Below, in pieces: positions 6,890 through 13,401 of a DNA stretch of 13,401 nucleotides. The notes under the pieces are model-generated. The model saw nothing but the letters and a program-made list of their open reading frames with translations. It ran no database searches and had not been told where the DNA came from. Every line of letters starts with the position of its first letter. Within the stretch, counting starts at the first letter, position 1. The stretch is from Bdellovibrionales bacterium (GTDB taxonomy: Bacteria > Bdellovibrionota > Bdellovibrionia > Bdellovibrionales > JAMPXM01). The position numbers were made by a program, and so were the translations under genes. The stretch is taken from contig JAYUEN010000298.1 of NCBI GenBank assembly GCA_043739185.1, forward strand, positions 1-13,401, in the 5' to 3' direction.

Positions 6890-8545
6890 ATGCAAAATTT
6901 AATAGTTACAAAATCATTATCAAAAATAAAATGGGGCCTGAGTTACTTCTTTCTACTTTGCCTTTTCATTTCATTTAGCTCGTGTACGAAAAAAACACCT
7001 GGAGGAATTGAAGTTGAAATTCCGGGCCAAGGAAAAGTGAGCCTGTCTCCTAAAGAAACTTTGCGAGTCAATCTTGAGACCGAACCACCTACATTAGATT
7101 GGAATAAATCAACCGATACAGTTTCATCGCAAATCTTAGTGAATGTGATGGAGGGCCTTGTCGAGTACGATATTTACGATCCAAAAATGGCTTTGATTCC
7201 GGCACTTGCCAGTAAGTGGGAATCTTCAGATAATTCAAAAAAGTGGAAGTTCACGCTCAGACAAGATGTCAAGTGGACCGATGGCGTCCCTTTTACAGCC
7301 CAACATTTAGTAGATAGTTGGAAGCGACTGCTTGATCCTGCGACCGCATCTGATTATGCGTATTTTTTATTTGTTATAAAAAATGCTCAAGCCTTCAATC
7401 AAGGTAAAATAAAAGATTTTAAGGAAGTTGGAGTCAAGATCACCGCGCCCAATATTATTGAAGTCGAACTTGAAAAGAGTGTGAGTTATTTTCCTCATTT
7501 GACAGCACATGCTTCGACTTATCCGATTCGTCTCGATGTGATTGAGAAGTTTGGCAATACCTGGACTGCGCCCGATCATATTCAAACCTTAGGCGCATTT
7601 ACACTTAAAAATTGGCAACATGACAAAATGGTTTTGATGGAGAGAAATGAAAATTATTACGGCGTAAAGCCCATGCTCAAATATGTCGTGGGCTATATCA
7701 TTCACGAAGTCGGAACTGCCATTGATATGTTTGATGCTGGCAATTTAGACGGCGAAGATCGCATTCCCAGTGGTGAAGTGAAGGTGCTGGCCAAACGACC
7801 CCAGTACCATGTGATGCCGAGCTTGCTCACGCAGTATTATGGGATCAATGTGACTCGTCCACCAATGGATAATCCACTTGTTCGCCAAGCCATTTCATAT
7901 GCAATCGATCGCAAACAAGTGACGAGCGTGCTAGCTGGCGGACAGGTTCCGCTCACATCGTGGATACCAGACGGAGTTTTCGGCTACGATGAAAAAATCG
8001 GAATTCATTTTGATCCGGTCAAAGCCAAAGAACTTCTTAAGAAGGCGGGTTATTCTGAAACCAAGCCAGTTCCAAAAATTGAAATTGAGTTTAATACCAA
8101 TGAGGATTTGCAGCGCGTGGCTGAAAATATTCAAGCTCAGTTGAAAACCAATCTGGGTCTGAATATTGAAGTCAAAAATCAAGAGTGGAAGTCTTTTTTG
8201 AATGAACTCAAAACCGATGCACCTCAAATTTATCGCTTTGGTTGGATGGGGGATTATCCGGATCCAGATAATTTTATGAATTTAATGACCAGCTATTCTG
8301 ATAATAATCACACCAAGTGGAAGAACAAAGATTATGATCACTTGGTTGAAACTGCCGCCGGTGAAGGAGATCCTACAAAACGCAAAGCCTTGTATGATGA
8401 AGCCCAGAAAATTCTGGTAGAAAAAGACGTTTGTGTTTTGCCGCTTTATATTGGTGTATCGCAATATATGATCGCGGATCGGGTGAGCAAATATCCGCAA
8501 AATGTTTTGCAAAGAAAACTCTATAAAGGAGTCATCCTGAAGTGA
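6890..8545 (+). CDS. oppA: Oligopeptide ABC transporter substrate-binding lipoprotein (family 5 SBP)
   Basis: Start reassigned to the ATG at 6890 (SD AAGGGGAG). Lipobox-like FSSC. Family-5 motifs EPPTLD, PALASKWE, FTLRQDVKWTDG and GWMGDYPDP. Confidence 0.92.
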   Translation: MQNLIVTKSLSKIKWGLSYFFLLCLFISFSSCTKKTPGGIEVEIPGQGKVSLSPKETLRVNLETEPPTLDWNKSTDTVSSQILVNVMEGLVEYDIYDPKMALIPALASKWESSDNSKKWKFTLRQDVKWTDGVPFTAQHLVDSWKRLLDPATASDYAYFLFVIKNAQAFNQGKIKDFKEVGVKITAPNIIEVELEKSVSYFPHLTAHASTYPIRLDVIEKFGNTWTAPDHIQTLGAFTLKNWQHDKMVLMERNENYYGVKPMLKYVVGYIIHEVGTAIDMFDAGNLDGEDRIPSGEVKVLAKRPQYHVMPSLLTQYYGINVTRPPMDNPLVRQAISYAIDRKQVTSVLAGGQVPLTSWIPDGVFGYDEKIGIHFDPVKAKELLKKAGYSETKPVPKIEIEFNTNEDLQRVAENIQAQLKTNLGLNIEVKNQEWKSFLNELKTDAPQIYRFGWMGDYPDPDNFMNLMTSYSDNNHTKWKNKDYDHLVETAAGEGDPTKRKALYDEAQKILVEKDVCVLPLYIGVSQYMIADRVSKYPQNVLQRKLYKGVILK

Positions 8546-9684
8546 GTTCGGTAGCCACCGCCACATTGCCGCCAAAGCCAATCAACGGACTAGTCTCAAA
8601 ATTGGGGCCGGTTCTTGCCAGTGGTTGCGGCCTTTGGATTTTGGCGGCAATTATAATTGACTTAAGCGACAATCGAATTCCATTTCCATTTTGGATAGGA
8701 ATGTTTTTGTGGCTTTTGGTTTCAGTAGTATATGCGGTCATTCAACAAAACGCAGTGACTTATGTCTCAAGGCGTTTGGTCGAAGCTTTGGTTACAGTTT
8801 GGATAATTGCGAGCCTTACCTTTTTGCTTTTGAGATTTTTGCCAGGTGGGCCTTTTGATCAAGAGAAAACTCTGCCCCCTGAAATCAAAGCAAATATTGA
8901 AAAAAAGTATGGTCTCAATGATCCGATGTCCACCCAATATTTTCATTATATTACGGGACTTGCACAAGGGGACCTTGGCGAATCCTATAAATATATTGGG
9001 CGCTCCGTTACCGATATCATCAAAGATAGTTTTCCGATTTCGTTTCAGCTAGGCTTTTACTCTTTGCTCTTGGCTTTTCTCATTGGCGTACCCATCGGAA
9101 TGTTCGCAGCAGGGAAACATAATACTTTTTGGGATAGTTCGGCGATGGTTTTAGCGATCAGTGGGGTGGCGCTCCCCAGTTTTGTTTTTGGGCCGCTATT
9201 GGTTTTAATTTTTTGTTTTGGAGTTCCTTTTCCGGCGTTTAAAGGCATGCTCCCGCCAGCACTTTGGGATGGCCCAATTTATTATATTTTGCCCGTGATC
9301 ACCCTCGGAATTAGACCTGCAGCTATCATTGCAAGGCTGATGCGCTCAAGTGTACTTGAAGTCATTCATGCTGACTTCGTCAGAACAGCGAAAGCCAAGG
9401 GGCTTGCCCAAAGAACCGTGATGTATCGCCATGTTTTAAAAAATTCTCTTTTGCCGGTGATAACTATTTCGGGTCCACTCTGTGCAGGCGTCTTGTCGGG
9501 TTCATTTGTAAATGAAATTATCTTTGCTGTTCCCGGAATGGGCAAGCACCTCGTTCAGAGTGTTACCAATCGAGATTACCCCTTGGTCTTGGGTCTCACT
9601 TTGGTTTATGCGGCACTTTTAGTACTCGCCAATCTAGTGGTTGATTTGCTTTATGTTGTGGTCGATCCAAGGATTCAATTATGA
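8542..9684 (+). CDS. oppB: Oligopeptide ABC transporter permease with N-terminal extension
   Basis: LPGGPF, YGLNDP, GDLGES, the EAA-type loop DFVRTAKAKGL and RDYPLV. GTGA overlap with the oppA stop and an AAGGAG upstream. Confidence 0.9.
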   Translation: MSSVATATLPPKPINGLVSKLGPVLASGCGLWILAAIIIDLSDNRIPFPFWIGMFLWLLVSVVYAVIQQNAVTYVSRRLVEALVTVWIIASLTFLLLRFLPGGPFDQEKTLPPEIKANIEKKYGLNDPMSTQYFHYITGLAQGDLGESYKYIGRSVTDIIKDSFPISFQLGFYSLLLAFLIGVPIGMFAAGKHNTFWDSSAMVLAISGVALPSFVFGPLLVLIFCFGVPFPAFKGMLPPALWDGPIYYILPVITLGIRPAAIIARLMRSSVLEVIHADFVRTAKAKGLAQRTVMYRHVLKNSLLPVITISGPLCAGVLSGSFVNEIIFAVPGMGKHLVQSVTNRDYPLVLGLTLVYAALLVLANLVVDLLYVVVDPRIQL

Positions 9685-10565
9685 GTTCATCGCAAAGCCT
9701 TTTCAAAGATTCGATCAAGCGCCTTAAAAAAAATCGCGCATCAGTATATTCACTCTACTTTATTTTAGCGATTTCGCTCATTGCGATATTTGCAAATTAT
9801 TTGGCGCCTTATTCTTTTGAGACGCAAAATATTGATCTCGTTTTGATTGGACCTGATAGTCATCACTGGTTTGGTACTGACAATTTGGGTAGAGATTTAT
9901 TTTCGCGAATTATTTACGGCGCTCGTATGTCAATGGCCGTCGGCATATTCACCGCCTTCATTTCTCTTTTGATTGGTGGCTTTTACGGCGCAATTTCGGG
10001 TTGGGTGGGTGGTTGGGTTGATTCGGTGATGATGAGAATAATTGATATTTTATTTGCGATTCCCTCTTTGGTGCTTTTAATTTTGGTCATGGTCGTTTTC
10101 AATTCGATCAATATTTTCGAGCAGCCAGAACTCAAAGCACTCACCGGTATTTTTCTCGCATTGAGTGTGGTCGGCTGGGTGGGACTTGCGCGCTTGGTGC
10201 GGGGGCAAGTTTTGCAAGCTAAACAACTTTTGTTTATCGAAGGTGCCAGGGCCATGGGTGCGGGGGATTGGGCGATTTTGTTTCGTCACGTTTTACCAAA
10301 TATTTTGGGTCCAATTACGGTTATGTTGACCTTTCAAATTCCCTCTAACATTTTATTTGAGAGCTTCTTAAGCTTTATTGGCCTTGGTTTGCAGCCACCT
10401 TATTCATCTTGGGGAATTCTCGCCAATGATGGTTGGAGAGCCAAATCCTATCCCCATATGATTATCTTTCCGGGCCTTGCGATCTTTCTGACCATGTTGG
10501 CTTTTAATCTCTTAGGTGATGGCCTTCGGGACGCCTTTGATCCAAAACTAAAGGGAACTTCATAA
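9681..10565 (+). CDS. oppC: Oligopeptide ABC transporter permease
   Basis: HWFGTDNLGRDLFSR, FIEGARAMGA loop, LSFIGLG and GDGLRDAFDP. ATGA overlap with oppB. Confidence 0.93.
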   Translation: MSSSQSLFKDSIKRLKKNRASVYSLYFILAISLIAIFANYLAPYSFETQNIDLVLIGPDSHHWFGTDNLGRDLFSRIIYGARMSMAVGIFTAFISLLIGGFYGAISGWVGGWVDSVMMRIIDILFAIPSLVLLILVMVVFNSINIFEQPELKALTGIFLALSVVGWVGLARLVRGQVLQAKQLLFIEGARAMGAGDWAILFRHVLPNILGPITVMLTFQIPSNILFESFLSFIGLGLQPPYSSWGILANDGWRAKSYPHMIIFPGLAIFLTMLAFNLLGDGLRDAFDPKLKGTS

Positions 10566-10819
10566 CTTCTCAGGCAGGCAGGCAAGTCGAAGTCAGTAGG
10601 CTGCGACAGTTCACCGAAACTGAAGCTGCGAGGCGGTTGGCTGCCGCGGCTGCCATTAAAACTGATTTGAGCTCCATCCCTACTAAAAACAGATAGTGCC
10701 AAGCTTCTGCAAAGATTTCGCAGTTCCCTAGCTCGAAATGACAATTTTACACATTAGAATGTCTTTTCTAGTCTGTTAAGCTTTCACAATTCTTAGGAAC
10801 TAATTTTTAAAGTTGTGGC

Positions 10820-10836
10820 TTGGCAAGGAGCTTGCT
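10820..10836 (+). promoter_or_regulatory. Sigma54 (-24/-12) promoter
   Basis: TTGGCAAGGAGCTTGCT gives GG-N10-GC, matching TGGCA-N6-TTGC(A/T). It is preceded by an AT-rich tract and lies 70 nt upstream of the ATG at 10907. Confidence 0.7.
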
Positions 10837-10906
10837 ATAGGAGAGGCCTAATAATGCCTTTGCAGACCGAGCCGTCTCTTTGGCGCAATCTAAAAACAGG
10901 GGATAT

Positions 10907-11587
10907 ATGAAATTATCAATTTTGGCCTTGGTCGCAGCCTTTCAAGTTTTAACAATACAAAGCTTTGCGCAATCGCAAATTCAAGTAAAACCATGTAAAC
11001 AAAACTGTATTGAAATCGCCGCACTCCCAGTTATGGAAAAGGCGGTTCTAGCTTCGAATCCTGCTTTTGTTCAAGACCCGTCTTGTCCTACGCCCGGATC
11101 TGAAACTATTAAAAATGCGATCACTGGCACTGGAAAAGCCATGACCAGTGCGAAGATTATTAAAGATATGGTGGCACAGTCTACAACTAAGCGTGACCTA
11201 ATCATGAGCGACCGAAGTCGTTGCGGCGCCTGCAAGCAAATCAATTTGGTTTCAACATTTACCACAAGCGCCCCAAATCAATTGAAGTTAGACTCTTCTT
11301 GCCCCACTCCATTTGCGAGCAACTTTCAAAAGGAATTGAATAATCAAGATATCGAAGCTTTTGCAAATGATACGATTCGCGGCCGAAATGCTCAAGGTCA
11401 ACAATTTGCCAATGCTTGTTCAAATGCCTGCAATCTCTATACGGCTACAGCTTCTACGCCATTATCATCAGCAACAAGTCGATTGAATTTAACTATACTT
11501 TGCGGTCAACCTCGCGTTGGCTCGATCTTGTCCGCTACCTACGATTTATCAGTAGGCTTTGTTCATCAGTGGGTATGTGCTAAATAG
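10907..11587 (+). CDS. Hypothetical secreted cysteine-rich protein (10 Cys)
   Basis: Start reassigned to the ATG at 10907 (SD AGGGG). Signal peptide MKLSILALVAAFQVLTIQSFA with an SFA cleavage-like site. 226 aa with no family recognised. Confidence 0.8.
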   Translation: MKLSILALVAAFQVLTIQSFAQSQIQVKPCKQNCIEIAALPVMEKAVLASNPAFVQDPSCPTPGSETIKNAITGTGKAMTSAKIIKDMVAQSTTKRDLIMSDRSRCGACKQINLVSTFTTSAPNQLKLDSSCPTPFASNFQKELNNQDIEAFANDTIRGRNAQGQQFANACSNACNLYTATASTPLSSATSRLNLTILCGQPRVGSILSATYDLSVGFVHQWVCAK

Positions 11588-11599
11588 TTCGCAGTTTCA

Positions 11600-12700
11600 T
11601 TAAACGTTAAATCTAAAAAACAATACGTCGCCATCTTGAACGACGTATTCTTTTCCTTCCGAGCGATAGCGGCCAGCCTCTTTCACCGCCGCTTCAGATT
11701 TGAGTTCAAATAAATCTTTGCAGTTGTAGGTTTCAGCGCGGATAAAGCCGCGTTCGAAATCGGAGTGAATCACGCCAGCAGCTTGTGGGGCTTTCATTCC
11801 GGTTTTAATTGTCCAAGCGCGAACTTCTTTCTCACCAGCGGTAAAATAGGTTCTAAGTGCAAGCAGTTGATAGGCCTCCCAAATAAGGCGATTGAGGCCT
11901 GGCTCGGTTGCATTCATTGAAGCCAAAAACTCGGCTTGCTCTTCTTTTGGCAAAAGCGCGATCTCAGCTTCAAGAGCTGAACAAATTACGAGATGAATAT
12001 TATTTTCAGATTTAGCTCTGGCGCCAACCTGTTTGACCCAGTCATTTCCTCCAGCTGCAAAATCTGTTTCATTGACGTTGCAAGCATAGAGGACGGGTTT
12101 CATGGTGAGCAGATGCATATCTTTGACGATTGGGAGTTCAACTTCGTCTAAGCCTACGGTGCGCGCAGCTTTACCAGCTGAAAGCGCATCATATATTTTC
12201 TTAATGGTCTCGTATTCTTTTTTTAAATTCTTATCAGTGGTTGAGCGCGCGGTCTTTTCAACTTTTTGTAGGCGCTTTTCAACACTGTCTAAATCTGCAA
12301 GTAGCAATTCGGTATTGATAACATCAATATCTCTTAGCGGCTCAACACTCCCTGAAACATGAACAATATTGGGATCATCAAAACAGCGCACCACATGGAT
12401 GATGGCATCGGTTGAGCGAATATGTCCTAAGAACTGATTTCCAAGGCCCTCGCCCTTGCTGGCTCCTGCCACTAAGCCTGCAATATCAACGAATTCAATT
12501 GAGGTCGGAATAAGACTCTTGGGTTTAATCAAAGCCGAAATTTGCGATAGCCGCTCATCTGGTACCGTGACCACGCCAACGTTTGGATCGATAGTACAAA
12601 AAGGATAATTCGCAGCTTCGGCTTTAGCAGAGGTCAGCGCATTGAAAAGAGTACTCTTGCCAACATTCGGAAGTCCGACAATCCCACATTGAAGACCCAT
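11600..12700 (-). CDS. ychF: Ribosome-binding ATPase YchF
   Basis: [57 protein letters not shown] and the C-terminus FRFNV. Confidence 0.98.
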   Translation of the reverse strand: MGLQCGIVGLPNVGKSTLFNALTSAKAEAANYPFCTIDPNVGVVTVPDERLSQISALIKPKSLIPTSIEFVDIAGLVAGASKGEGLGNQFLGHIRSTDAIIHVVRCFDDPNIVHVSGSVEPLRDIDVINTELLLADLDSVEKRLQKVEKTARSTTDKNLKKEYETIKKIYDALSAGKAARTVGLDEVELPIVKDMHLLTMKPVLYACNVNETDFAAGGNDWVKQVGARAKSENNIHLVICSALEAEIALLPKEEQAEFLASMNATEPGLNRLIWEAYQLLALRTYFTAGEKEVRAWTIKTGMKAPQAAGVIHSDFERGFIRAETYNCKDLFELKSEAAVKEAGRYRSEGKEYVVQDGDVLFFRFNV

Positions 12701-12724
12701 TGCTATCTCGTTTCTCTCTGAGCC

Positions 12725-13312
12725 TTAGGGGCTGAGAATTTCTATATGTTTACCGCTAAATTGCGTCGCGGCCTTTTCATAGCCATCAAATATCAAACTC
12801 TCGATGGCATCGCTACATAAATTGAGGAGTTCAGTTAAGCGCCCATGCTCGTCAGGATTGAAGCGGCCTAAAACATAATCGGCGACTTCCATTTTAGGAT
12901 GCGGCGGACGACCAACGCCAATTTTCAGTCTGGTATAGTCTTGAGTGGCGAGTATTTCACTTATGCTTTTGATGCCATTGTGCCCACCGTGGCCGCGATT
13001 TCTTTGAATTTTGATATGTCCAAAGGGCTGATCAATATCGTCATGCACGACGATCAATTGCTTTAGATCCATTTTGTAAAAATCAAGCAGGGGCTGAACG
13101 GATTCGCCAGACTTATTCATAAAAGTTTGGGGTTTTGCAAATACGATGTCTTGCTCTTCCATTTTAAACTTTACGGTGATGGCGTGAAATTGTTCTTTGG
13201 CATTTGGATCACCGATGCCGGATAAAAAATTATCGAGAGCCATAAATCCGATATTGTGGCGGGTGAGTAAATATTTTGAACCTGGATTACCAAGGCCGAC
13301 CACAAGCCACAT
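12725..13312 (-). CDS. pth: Peptidyl-tRNA hydrolase
   Basis: VVGLGNPG, TRHNIGF, KPQTFMNKSG, VVHDDID, GGHNG and RLKIGVGRP. Start reassigned to the ATG at 13312 (SD GAGGAG, 7 nt upstream). Canonical pth-ychF order. Confidence 0.97.
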   Translation of the reverse strand: MWLVVGLGNPGSKYLLTRHNIGFMALDNFLSGIGDPNAKEQFHAITVKFKMEEQDIVFAKPQTFMNKSGESVQPLLDFYKMDLKQLIVVHDDIDQPFGHIKIQRNRGHGGHNGIKSISEILATQDYTRLKIGVGRPPHPKMEVADYVLGRFNPDEHGRLTELLNLCSDAIESLIFDGYEKAATQFSGKHIEILSP

Positions 13313-13401
13313 GAGCTCACTCCTCAAAAGTGATTCTTAACAGAGATTATATAGATGTGTCCGAAATTAATGGGACCTTCGTTGCCTTCGTCGTCAGCTT
13401 G

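Noticed and set aside
13322..13401. Possible 3' end of an upstream gene (e.g. rplY) or a pth promoter (TATAAT at 13346-13351, minus strand)
   Set aside because: There is too little sequence, the translations are not recognisable, and there is no matching -35.

Overview
Bacterial chromosomal window. Gene content and style tentatively suggest a Bdellovibrionota/deltaproteobacterial lineage (inference only). Housekeeping genes: radA translationally coupled to an atypical SDR/NAD-epimerase (minus strand); a divergent large TPR-containing soluble lytic transglycosylase; an oppA-oppB-oppC peptide ABC cluster with no ATPase genes; a secreted 10-Cys protein behind a sigma54-type promoter; and pth-ychF. 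The most notable element is a pair of same-orientation copies, 6095 bp apart, of a small stand-alone Y1/HUH (IS200 TnpA/RAYT-like) gene. One copy is complete (5929-6456) and the other runs off the left edge (<1-361, missing from the ORF track). By hand count they are about 91% identical in DNA, with 26 synonymous and 6 non-synonymous differences. They share about 100 bp of upstream DNA containing a near-leaderless sigma70-like promoter. No tnpB, terminal inverted repeats or REP arrays are visible, so they may be a maintained or domesticated HUH nuclease family rather than an ordinary IS.
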